From Pseudogymnoascus verrucosus (taxonomy: Eukaryota): a stretch of 64,000 bases of DNA. The notes beneath the pieces are model-generated. The model ran no database searches, was not told the origin of the DNA, and was given only the letters and a program-made list of their open reading frames with translations. The first letter of the stretch is position 1. Every line of letters starts with the position of its first letter. A program made the translations under genes and the position numbers. This document shows, one piece after another, positions 21,469 through 32,800 of the stretch. The DNA is taken from NCBI GenBank assembly GCA_001662655.1, contig KV460226.1. One strand, given 5' to 3'.

Positions 21469-24400
21469 ATGCAACTCTATATGCACCGTGGCCACGTGTG
21501 GAGGATGCGGGCGCAGATTGCATGCATGATTATGCTTCTAGAAGGTCTTGCTGCAGCGACGCCTACAATAAATCTCCCTTTGAACTCTCAATTTCCTCCA
21601 GTTGCGCGAGTCTCAGCACCATTCAATTTCACATTTTCCAAATCAACCTTTTCTTCAGATAAGGTATTGACCTACGCTTTGTCAAATGCGCCAAGTTGGC
21701 TGTCTCTCGATAGCGCGACTCGAACTCTCTCCGGCACACCGCCAGATTGGGCTTCTGGTACATCGCCGACCCTTGATATTATTGCTACAGACGGGTCTGG
21801 GTCCATCTCCATGAGGTCAACATTGATCGTCTCGACACGTAAGGCGCCAGAAATTACGATGCCAATTGCAGCTCAATTACAGTCTCAGGGTGCCAACACT
21901 GCACAGAACTCGATTATATTCAACTCGTCGTCTCGGTTCAGCTTTAGCTTCAGCACAGGCACGTTTACATACCCCGTCGGCAGAAGCACGTTTACATACT
22001 TCGAAACCCCATCTGCCATCGGTATGGCTGCAGTTACAATGGACAACGCGCCTCTGCCTCCGTGGATATCTTTTGACAACTCCACACTGACATTCTTGGG
22101 AGAAACACCGGACTCGAAGGCTTTAACCCAGCCCCAGGAGCACTTCGGAATCCGCCTTATTGCGTTAGATGAACCTGGATTTGCTGGAGCATCAGTGCCT
22201 TTCTATATCACGGTTGAAAATCACAAGCTTGAGTGGGTTGTCCCGGCTTTCGAGATGAAAATTTTTGTTGGAAAACCATTTGAATTCAAGGCTCTCTCCG
22301 GGAGTCTGAAACTGGATGGCAAAGTAGCAAACACAGCGGATATTATATCCGTCACTACTACTAAGGTGCCTTGGCTCGAGTTCGACAATACCAACTATGT
22401 TCTATTTGGGACCCCGCGGGAGCGACGGAAAAGTGCATCGCCGCTTGATGTGACAGTTTCGGCTCAAGACAGATACGGTGGAACTGCGACAGCCGTCATT
22501 CGAGTAACACTTGCAAACAATATATTCTTCGACGGCGACATTGCCTCAATAAACGCTACTATTGGCCAACCATTCTCATACAGTGTTAGCCAGGTTTTCG
22601 TCGATTCAACTGCTGTTGATATCGGAGTATCGATTTCCCCACAAGTGTCATGGTTATCATTTGATTCAAAAGCTCTTGCAATATCAGGAGATGTTTCCAA
22701 ATCCGCTGAGGAATCATCAATTAACATAACCATGGCCGCGACACCCAAATTAGCTCTGTCAAACACAACTCCGGATCTTAAGTCATTTACGATAAATGTC
22801 GTTTCTCAGCCTTCCAGTACGTTATCTGGTGTTCACACGTCAGCAACAATTGAGACTGAAGATTCAACAGTAGATTCCAATGGTTTAGAAGCCACGACAG
22901 CCCCAACTGGCAATGCCTCAAGACACGGTTTAACTCGAGGAGAGCTTGCTGCGGCTATCATCTTGTCTATATTTGCAGTGATTTTCATGGCTGGAATTCT
23001 GTTGTACTGTGGGAGACGACAGCGGAATCGCTTCAAACTGTCGGACACCATAGTACCTCTATCAAAAAGAGCTATCTCAACACCAAGGCTTCAGAAAAAG
23101 TTCTCAATATTGGGCCTGAATGGGAGTCCGGGAAGCTCCCATCCGGGTTTGAGAGCGAAGGCAAAAAATTTGAATAAGGTTACGTTTGACAACCCGGATC
23201 CATTCAGTACAAAGTATCCTAGCGCAACCGTTCGACAATCTGCATCGTCCTCCAAGTACTCCGACGAAGTATCTCCGCATCTCAACGTGGGTCATAGTGG
23301 CCACAAAGACTTCTCTCGTCCATTTCAAGGCACAGGCGGGTCTGCAAACTCAATCGACGATGACCCCGATATCTTAATCATTCAAAACTTTCCCAGAGAA
23401 TCTGAGGGAACCAAATCTCATGGCATCACAGCAGCTCCCTCTGCAGTTCGCACCAAGGGCGGTACATATTCATTCCATCCCTATCGCACAACTCCCGGGG
23501 CATCACCCAACCTCGAGAAAACCCCGGAGGCGACATGCGCAACAAAGATGAAAAAATACCGCGCGCACAAACGGCATCGAACTCCCAGCGATCTAGGCCC
23601 CCTTCCAAACACCCCGAGCAAACAGTACAGCAGTACTGGTCTCCAACGCACAGGCTCAGAACGCAGCACCAGAACAGTCCAACCCTGGAGCAAAAAAAAT
23701 CGCGCCAATGGACATAACCACAGTACATCGGTCAACCCCGTCGGCGAGAGCACCTGGGAAAGCACCCCAGGCAGTCCGATCAAAAGCTCCGCCGCTCGTC
23801 CACGCAGCAGTTTGAGTGTCGTCACCGAATCCACCGATGTGCTTTACCTAGACCACCCCTCCCCTACGACTACAACGAATGACAGCCTCCCATTGACATT
23901 CAACTCTGCTTCGCCATTCACTCAGCCCCTGCAAACCTTTCTCGACATGGCCTACTCCCCACCAGGTAGCAACCTAGGCAATAGCAGATCATCACTCTCG
24001 CAATTACCCAGCCGTCGTACTACTGGATCAAGCCCGTTCTTCAGCGGCAGTCACCGCACGAGTGCACGAGTTCAGTCGCGCGGCAAGATGCTCTTCGGCA
24101 CTGACAAGGAAGCGGCAGCGAAGATTAGCAGACGTCAGGCGGTGCCCGAGCCGTTGGCACTACGGAAACTTGCGAGGGAGGAGAACAAATTGCAAGCTTT
24201 GCAAGATCCAGAGCTAGCGCAGCTGCTGGATGGGCTGGGTGGTAGCCGTATCGATCCCGCGATTAGCTCATATGCAGGCTCGATCGAGATGACGGAAGAT
24301 GGCACGAAGCGCTTGATATCCTTCTTGGCTTCAGTAGATAAGAGGAAGAGCTGGGTTAGCGATACAGACTCGAGGAAGTCATTCAGCGCGTGGGATTTTG

Positions 24401-24762
24401 AGCAAGAAAAGGAGGGCCCAAGTGAGGCCCCTACCGGGATGCTGCAGAGGTTTAAGAGCTACAGGAGTAACGTCTCGACTCGCTCCAAGACGACGTTTAG
24501 GGGGCAGAGCATCTGGCTCGGCAACGAGGATAAGGATGCGCGGGGGCCAACGTTTATGGAGCAGATGGCTTCGCTGGAGTATTGTGGGGTGCTGTTTGGA
24601 AGCAACCCTGATAAGGGGGGGAGATGGGCTCGGAGCCAGTGGTCTGAGAGTATAGGGGGTAGTTCTAAGCGGTTGTCGACACCCTTGAGCCCGAAATCCT
24701 TTGAGCTGGGGATTTGGGGGAAGAGAGATGGGAATGATGGTGTAGGTTCTGTGGTTGTATGA
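21469..24762 (+). CDS. AXL2: Axl2/Bud10-like type I membrane protein with dystroglycan-type cadherin-like repeats (exact start ATG uncertain)
   Basis: Signal region then PLNSQFPPVARVSAPFNFTFS...APSWLSLDSATRTLSGTP, repeated LP.W..FD...L.F.G.P motifs, single TM (AAIILSIFAVIFMAGILLYC) followed by basic residues and a long Ser-rich tail. Confidence 0.85.
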   Translation: MQLYMHRGHVWRMRAQIACMIMLLEGLAAATPTINLPLNSQFPPVARVSAPFNFTFSKSTFSSDKVLTYALSNAPSWLSLDSATRTLSGTPPDWASGTSPTLDIIATDGSGSISMRSTLIVSTRKAPEITMPIAAQLQSQGANTAQNSIIFNSSSRFSFSFSTGTFTYPVGRSTFTYFETPSAIGMAAVTMDNAPLPPWISFDNSTLTFLGETPDSKALTQPQEHFGIRLIALDEPGFAGASVPFYITVENHKLEWVVPAFEMKIFVGKPFEFKALSGSLKLDGKVANTADIISVTTTKVPWLEFDNTNYVLFGTPRERRKSASPLDVTVSAQDRYGGTATAVIRVTLANNIFFDGDIASINATIGQPFSYSVSQVFVDSTAVDIGVSISPQVSWLSFDSKALAISGDVSKSAEESSINITMAATPKLALSNTTPDLKSFTINVVSQPSSTLSGVHTSATIETEDSTVDSNGLEATTAPTGNASRHGLTRGELAAAIILSIFAVIFMAGILLYCGRRQRNRFKLSDTIVPLSKRAISTPRLQKKFSILGLNGSPGSSHPGLRAKAKNLNKVTFDNPDPFSTKYPSATVRQSASSSKYSDEVSPHLNVGHSGHKDFSRPFQGTGGSANSIDDDPDILIIQNFPRESEGTKSHGITAAPSAVRTKGGTYSFHPYRTTPGASPNLEKTPEATCATKMKKYRAHKRHRTPSDLGPLPNTPSKQYSSTGLQRTGSERSTRTVQPWSKKNRANGHNHSTSVNPVGESTWESTPGSPIKSSAARPRSSLSVVTESTDVLYLDHPSPTTTTNDSLPLTFNSASPFTQPLQTFLDMAYSPPGSNLGNSRSSLSQLPSRRTTGSSPFFSGSHRTSARVQSRGKMLFGTDKEAAAKISRRQAVPEPLALRKLAREENKLQALQDPELAQLLDGLGGSRIDPAISSYAGSIEMTEDGTKRLISFLASVDKRKSWVSDTDSRKSFSAWDFEQEKEGPSEAPTGMLQRFKSYRSNVSTRSKTTFRGQSIWLGNEDKDARGPTFMEQMASLEYCGVLFGSNPDKGGRWARSQWSESIGGSSKRLSTPLSPKSFELGIWGKRDGNDGVGSVVV

Positions 24763-25625
24763 GTATGATACAGGGGTTTTGGGGGTGTTATGCAGGTTTA
24801 AGTTTTGTATTGATTGTCAGAGTTTGAACCCTTTTATGGGAAGGCGGATGGGGACTGGGGGCTATGGAGTAATGATGAGGAGTTCAAAGGCACTAATTAA
24901 TAGTCAAAGGGCAGTTTGTTTTTTGAGGTAAATTATTTTAATGTTCTATTTTATTTTTGAACGGATTATAATCATTTGTCTCGGCCCAACAAACCAAGAC
25001 ACCATTTATTTGTATTTTAGAAAAAGGCAGTAGTATGAGTTGTATGATTATTACATTTGCTTCTCTTTCTGAAGTTCAATAAATCATTGTGGGTGGCTAT
25101 ATCATTTTCATTGTGCGATATTCGTCTCACTCAAAAGAGGCACCTGACCACTTCCATCTAATTTGTCCCATCGGTAACAACGACTGTCGGTAATTATACC
25201 ACACACAAGGTGTGAATACCAAGTACAGATTAAAAATAGGTTTCTCCTCCTTGTGAGGTAAGCAAGGCGCAGGAAATGCGGTGTCTAATGCGGCGGCGTC
25301 TGATGCGGCCGTCGGTGTTGCCGCCGATGCGGCCGCTAGCGTATTTCGGACGTAATCATGGAGATAACCTCACGTTTCCAAACACCGGTGGCAACGTCAG
25401 AAACCACCAATTCGGCTTTTATGCTGTGGACTCAAATAGTTGAGATGTAGGAAGTATATATAATGGGGTTGCTTCTCCTTGGCGGACACACTCATCATCG
25501 CAACGGCATTTAAGCATCATACCCAACTAGTTTCAGCAACCCTCAAGGTGACACATTGTCCGAGAACTCTGCTGCCACATATAACTGACTTCTACTGTCA
25601 GGTCTTTAATATCTCTTTTGCTACA

Positions 25626-26823
25626 ATGCCAGGAAAACTGCCTACCCGCCGAATTGGCCGTGACGGCCCTGAAGTGCCTGCTTTGGGCCTGGGAACCATG
25701 GGTCTCTCCGCCTACTACGGCACGATTGACGACGACGAGACTCGCTTCAAGTTCCTCGACCGCGCTTATGAACTCGGAGCTACGTTCTGGGACACTGCAG
25801 ATGTGTATGGAGACAGCGAAGAACTAATCGGGAAATGGTTTAAGAGGACAGGGAAGCGCGATGAGATCTTTCTTGTTACCAAGGTGCGTTGTTCATGCCT
25901 TCAAAGCGGCATCATCACATTTAGATGTGGTGAACATGTCAACTAATCAGTCTACAGTTTGGCAACCGAGTCCCAAAGGAAGCACTGGCAAGCGGCAACG
26001 GGATCGAGGCCATGAAGGCCAGAACCATCGACAGCACCCCCGAATACTGTCTCGAAGCCTGCGAGCTGAGCTTGAAGAAGCTCGGCGTGGATTACATCGA
26101 CCTCTACTACGCCCACAGAATCGACGGCGTAACACCCATCGAAAAGACCATGGAGGCATTAGTCAAGCTAAAAGAGTAAGTTCACTCCCCCCCCAAACCC
26201 CTATTCACATCCACTCCCAGAACTCAATTTAACCCCTTCACAGAGCCGGGAAAATCAAGCACATCGGCCTCTCCGAACCCTCCGCCGCCACCATCCGCCG
26301 CGCCCACGCCATCCACCCCCTCGCCTGCGTCCAGATGGAATACTCCCCCTTCAGCATGGACATCGAGTCCCCCACCACCAACATCCTGCGTACCTGCCGC
26401 GAGCTGGGGATCTCCATCGTAGCCTACTCGCCCATGGGCCGGGGTTTCTTCACCGGCGCCTACCGCTCCCCCGACGACTTCGAGATCAGCGACGTGCGGC
26501 GCGCGCTCCCTCGGTTTGCGCCGGAGAACTTTGCCAGGAATCTCGAGATGGTGGATAATCTAAAGCGAGTGGCGGAGAGGGAAGGGGTGACGGTGGGACA
26601 GCTGACGCTGGCGTGGTTGTTGGCGCAGGGGGAGGATATATTGCCGATTCCTGGGACAAGGAGGATTGGGAATTTAGAGGAGAATTTGGGGGCGCTGGAG
26701 GTCAGATTGAGTGAGGAGACTGTGAGGGAGGTTAGGGGGATTGTGGAGGGGGCGGTGGTGGTGGGGGAGAGGTATCCGTCGACGGGGTTGAAGTCGATGT
26801 TTATTGATACGCCGGAGCTGTGA
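25626..26823 (+). CDS. Aldo-keto reductase (YakC/AKR13-like); introns ~25884-25957 and ~26176-26243
   Basis: [71 protein letters not shown]. Confidence 0.92.
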
Positions 26824-29800
26824 GGGAGCGTTGGAGGGGGGAACGCTTGTATCATATAAGCTATATCACTGGTAATGTATTGAAACACTAATAATATCAT
26901 TTGAGTAAACCGTTGCCGCCGTTACCCCTCGTTAACGTTGGAATGTGATCAAGCTATGAAGTTTTTCATCCGTGTTTTGGATATAATTTGCACAGCATTT
27001 ATTCACATTCCCACCCACCTTCTATTCCATATTCTGATACATAACTATGATCGACAACACAATATATGGCAGCATAGCATATCTATAATACTAACATTGT
27101 GATAATCCTATGCTATCGCTGTGTTGTGCCGAAAGAGGCACGTTGTCATGGCGAAACAGAGTCAGGGGCAGAATCAGGAGTAAGAAAATAACATTAATAT
27201 CAATATCAGATATAATCCGTACATAAAAAACCCACAACAACACAAATTTAAGCTTATAACAACAAACAATGGCATCATGACCCAAATCACCTAAATCGCT
27301 CATCTGCCCACGATAATCTCAAGGCATTTCCTCATATTACTAGGGGATTCGCAATATCACTCCGCAACACGGGACCCTCCTCTATGTGGAGCCAAGAAAG
27401 AGCCCACGATATCTTCCCTACCCTTACCGACAATCATCACCCGCTGCCATCAATACAACGCTGACCCCCCCACCGCCCGCCAACGGGCAACGATAACAAC
27501 GATTACATGCTACTGTAGCATCGTGAGATAAACTCGGTCCTCGGAAAAGCAAAATCACGAAAAGCTCGATATCAACCCAAGGTGCCAGCCATACCCGGCA
27601 GCCGATCCCTTAAAAACCGGGACCTCATTTTCAATCGTTTGGGTCGATGACCCTTTGTTTACCCCCCCACGCCCCCACCCGATCGCGAGGGACCTGGGAG
27701 GATAACGTTCGTGGCTGCTGCCCAAGCTCACGCCTTAAATTACGCAATGGACAAAAGAAAAGATAGCACGTTCACGATAGGCTTCCGTGAGGCGTCAACT
27801 TATCGTCTCTGGGTCTATCCCCGAGGAAAAGCAACAAGCAGCCCATCCATCCCAGGGACCAAACCAGCCAGTCACGAGACATTCATCACGTGTATCTGTA
27901 CTCACCTCCCAGCACTCATCCCGCGCCGTCCCCTTTTACCCTCCGACTCCGACACCCCCAATCCCAATCCCACCACCCATCCCCCGTAAGCCACTCATCC
28001 CCTCTCCCCCACCCCAACGCCTCTTCCTAACTCCCCGACCCCAATACCGTCCCTCCCTCCCGTATCCCCATCCCTTCCATCCGTCCACGCAATCCAATCC
28101 AATCCCAATTTACCCAACCCGCCCCCCCCACGCAAACGCCACGGCGGAGCCCGTATCCCCTAAACCGACCCAGCAACACCGCCGCGCACTACCCTCGCAG
28201 CACGTCCTGGGTCGGGATGGCCTCCGTCTGGGCGGGCGGAGGAGGCGCACAGAGCGCCGCGCGCCACGGCGCGCTGCGGTGGGGTGGGGCGCCGGGTTTC
28301 TGGGTTGCGGCTTCCCCTCCGAAGGCCGCGGGGGCGCTAGGATGGAGGGGGCTTAGGGGGGGACAGGCGGGTTACATAAGTTGGTGTATACGTACAGTAA
28401 GACGGGAAAAAGGGGCGGGGACGGGCTGGGTGGATGCACAACTCTCGACTCGACTCAACTTGGTCTCTCGGGCGGCTGGTCGTGCATACGCGGTGCGGCC
28501 GTTAGCGATTCATCCTCGCACAGGATCTCGAACAGGGAGGAGGTGAGTTATGATGTCTAAGCAATCAATGCTCTGTTGAGGGGGCCGGGGGTGGATGGGC
28601 ATTAGAATCGTACTGTACGTAGTTTGATGCAGCACAGGAATGTTACGATTTGAGATACTACACGGGGAGTGGGGATTTTATTTTCAATGCGAATCGGGAT
28701 CTTGGAACACGGATGCGGGTGCATGACCAGGCATGAGAAAGGAAGAGGCCAGGCGGCGGCTGGTTTGTGCGTGCTGGAAACCGCCGCCTGGGCCCCGTTG
28801 GCCTCGCTGGTGGTCGCTGGAGAGCTGCATTCTTATGCAAGGCAGTTGTGCGCCGGTGCGTCGGTGGGTAGTGCAATGCCGGCATTTCCCCCCGAGTTGC
28901 ATATTCGTACTATTATTATTATTGTGCACTAGCTGACTACAATACATACTCGTGTGCGCGAAAAGGAAGTGTGGAGATTTAGCAAGCCAAAAACCCCCCT
29001 GCCTAGCCCTTCCCAATTCCCGAAAATCCTGAGGCCCTGCTGCACGCGTCGTCGCCACAGCTTCGAGACACGTGTGGCGCGCAAAAGACACACTTTTCTT
29101 GAGATCGCCGTCGTCGTCGTCGTGACTGACACGATTTGCGATCAAACCGCGGTACGGTCCACCGCCATCCCCTCTCCTCCGCGCAATCTATCTGGCTGGT
29201 TCCTTGTCCAAATCCACTTGCCGCTCTGATTTCCGCCACCGGGAGGGAGGGAAGGGAGGGGACGGCGATTGAGTGATTTGGTTTGCTCCCCCGTCCATGA
29301 TCCGAGCCACGGGGGAGGGATTGATGGAGCGAGTTAATTTTGCGAATTTTACTCTAGTGACACCCACCTGGGTACCGTACCCGTCCCCGTCCCTCCGTCC
29401 CATCCTGTGGCTTTCTTGCCCTAGCTAGGCCGCCGCTAAACCCGTGTGGTGTCCCCCTAAGGTCCCCTCTGCTCGGAGCGGGCCCTGAGTTTGTGTAGCG
29501 CTATATTTCAAATCTTACTACTACGGCTGCTGCTGCTGCTACCATCGCGGTCGGGTCGCGGGTGTGGGGAGAGGGGGGACACTTTCACGGCATATTATGG
29601 ATTAAGTATTAGCACAGGAGGTAAGGTTGAGCAGCGTAGGACGTATTGGGGTGGGATTGCGAATTCCCTCGCGCAAACCCGCGATAGTTTAACCCAAGAC
29701 GAGCAGCCCAGTCGGCAACCCACATACGCGCTACTGCAACCTCCGAGAGGGATTTGCGGCACCTACCTCACATCACAACCTTCGTCCTCTAGCAAGGACA

Positions 29801-32800
29801 GCTCGGAGCCCTAAAGACTGGTCTAATTTGGCTTGTGGGGAACGAACGCCGCCGAGAGGGTGGAGAAAGGAAGGTGCTTGGGATAATCGGGACACCCAGG
29901 TTGCGCCTAGCTTCTTCCCTAGCCTAGCACCTCGAGACCGCCGCCGCTGTGGTGGTATGGTGTGGTGCCCCTCCACCGCACCGGTGGCTGGGGCGCCGTC
30001 GTCGTGGGAGGGGCGGCGCGGCGCACTAAAAGCCACACTGGACCCTTCAACGCGGAAGCGAAGGCTCATTGGGGGTTGGGGGCAAAAACAGTAGTACTAC
30101 CCCCCCCAGCCCTTCCCTGGGCATTGCGAGCACGACGACGTTATCGACGACGCCACTGGAGTTAGGGAGGTAAGGATACTAGGGAGGTTGTTAGGGCGGG
30201 TTTAGCTTCGGCGGTGATGGGTCGAATGTATACACATTGCCGGAGCTGGCCGGTGTGGGGAACGGAGCAGGAGGGGGAGGAGGAGGAGGAGGAGTAGGCC
30301 TGCCTACTTTTTGATGACCCCTCTTGCGTGCTGTAGTGATGCTCCACCGATTAACCCGGCAACCGAGATACCAGAATGCGCTGGGGATGCAGCGGAGTGG
30401 GCTTGGTAAAGTTGCTGGGAGAGGAGGGTGTGGGATGGGATGTGCGCGATGTGCGCGATAAACTGCAACTAAGGCTATGATCTCTTCCCTCTTCTCTGTT
30501 TAGCTGGAATCTCCCTCTCTCTCTCTCCCAGAAGGTAGGTTAAGAGCGCCCCACAACACGCTGAGAGCGATTTTCATGTGTCGGGGTTTCACCGATGGTT
30601 AAAATAACAACTGACTGGGAGAGCTAAGCTAAGGTAGATCCGCTGTGTGGAATGGTGGGCAGGAATAGTATGGTTCCCATGAGGGGAGCACGCTGTCTGT
30701 TTGTCGGCCAGAAGGGGGCAGAAGGGAGGGAGGCCCTTTTGGCGGCGGGTTTTCCGAGATTGGGCGGAGGGGTTTCCGTTCAATATCCGCAACGGTTTAT
30801 TGCGCTCTGGCAGCCGTTACGCCTTGATGATCCCGGCTAACAAACGTTGTTAATATGGATGATATGCGATCAGATGAAGTGGCATATACATCCGTGAGTC
30901 AATGCGAAGGAAACTTGAAATGTGTGGTCCTACGTACGATTACGTAGATAGCAGGGGACAACTCACATCCTCATGCCTTGGATCTACCTATGGAGGGGTA
31001 TGGAACAGCAACCAAGGTTTACAGTTTTGGTTATCTGAGAGCTTGCTCCGTGTTCCGCCTGTCTGTCTGTCTGTATCAGGACGAGTATGGGGAAGAGACA
31101 TACATGACATCCGAGAATGGTACTGTACATCCCTGGAGTACTACCTTACACCGAATGGGGGGAATAATCAGCGTCTAAGAGCACGACCACGGCCCCGTCT
31201 GGCGTGTGATAGCGTCTAAAGCGCGAAGAGGTGCTCGACCTAGCTAAGCCGGAGATCCAGCTCAACTAGGACAAATCGGCGAAGGTAAGTAAGCTCGAGG
31301 CTAGGTCCGCCGGTGGTGAAGCTCGATATTGCCGTAGTATTCCCCTTAGTAGGGTCCATGGCACGACCAGACCAGACCAGACCAGACCAGACCATAGCTA
31401 TAGTCGCAAAAGCTAATTGACGACCATCGATTAATTCGAGGTTTATTTCGCAAAATTGACATGTGTTGCGTGATACGGAGTATTGAATGCAGCCCAGCCC
31501 CCATTGCCTTCGTGTTTCCGATTCTCGTCCAAGTCTGCAACGCGTTTCGGTTGGAAACTCAACCCGCATTAAGTGATGCAGAATTAGGATACATGACATG
31601 ACACACGGGCCATCTCCCTTTTCTTTTTGCCTCCCCCCCTCCAAAAAAGGGTAGGTTTTTGGTAAGTGCGCTGCGCAAGACCAGCCCCCAGTCTGTGAGT
31701 TCGAGTCTATGGTGCATGAGGGAGCGGGAGGGGGGAGGCCCGGTTATGCACAGCGCAAGCACGGCGAAGGGGCCACGGAGGCCTCAAAGCAACAAAGCAA
31801 CGATCACTTTGCGATAGGTTGCCGCTACCCCAATCGCTGGGAAACTAGGCTAGAATCGGTGGGTGCTTGGGTTAATATTGTCAGACTGCATGTGTGTGTG
31901 AACCACCACCACCACAGGGCTAGGGATTACATATTGGATGTTGAAAAGCATTTTGGGTCACCCTCCGAGCCGTTGTGACGTGACTGCGGCTTCATTGACG
32001 GCGGAGAATCCCAAGTAAGGAAATGGACTACAGGACCAACGCTGCGCGTGGCATCCTGCTTGGAGTCCACGTGTGAGAAACTGCCGGGTATAGAGATTCA
32101 TGCTGTAAAAGTATCACTGGCATCATTTGTAGAAGCAATAATATGCCGCCATTCAGCACCAGCTGGACAGTAGATCCTTTCGATAGTTCAGCCCGACGTG
32201 ATGAATGAAGCCCAAAAGTCTCACAGGAATAAGCAGAATTGAGGGATTTCAATTGAATTCCCCACGAGAAATAAGAAATTTGATGGTGACAGTGCCTCAA
32301 ACCCACGAGAACATGCTGCGTTTCGCAGTAGTGCTGCATATGCTGAAGCCATTCCAAACACGCAACGATGGGGTAAAAAACTGCAAATGGACTGGACAAA
32401 GCTGGCAGAGCTCACATCCGGATAGCTCCAATATTTTGAAATGCCTAGAATGGACGCAGTACGTAAAGTTGGCGCCAATGAAGAACCGCAGTCACATGTA
32501 AGCAAACGACACATTTTGGCGTGATAGTGATTAGGCCACAACGCCTCAGTGCGGTAGTGGTGTGACGGTATGTGATATGTATCTGCCCCCCGCGTCTCTC
32601 CATCAAAGTTGTGCAGGGGGCGGGGGGGAGCATAACGCCAAAATAGGTAGGATTTACGGGGATGAGGCTTGACCGGAAGGAAGCCGGCTCCCTCGCGCGC
32701 TTCAAAAAACCCAACAAACGGCACTAAGAGGAAAGGAGAAGTCGCAAAGCAACGCATGGATTGGGGCTAATCAAGTGTTCACGATTCGAGACCGTGTCTC

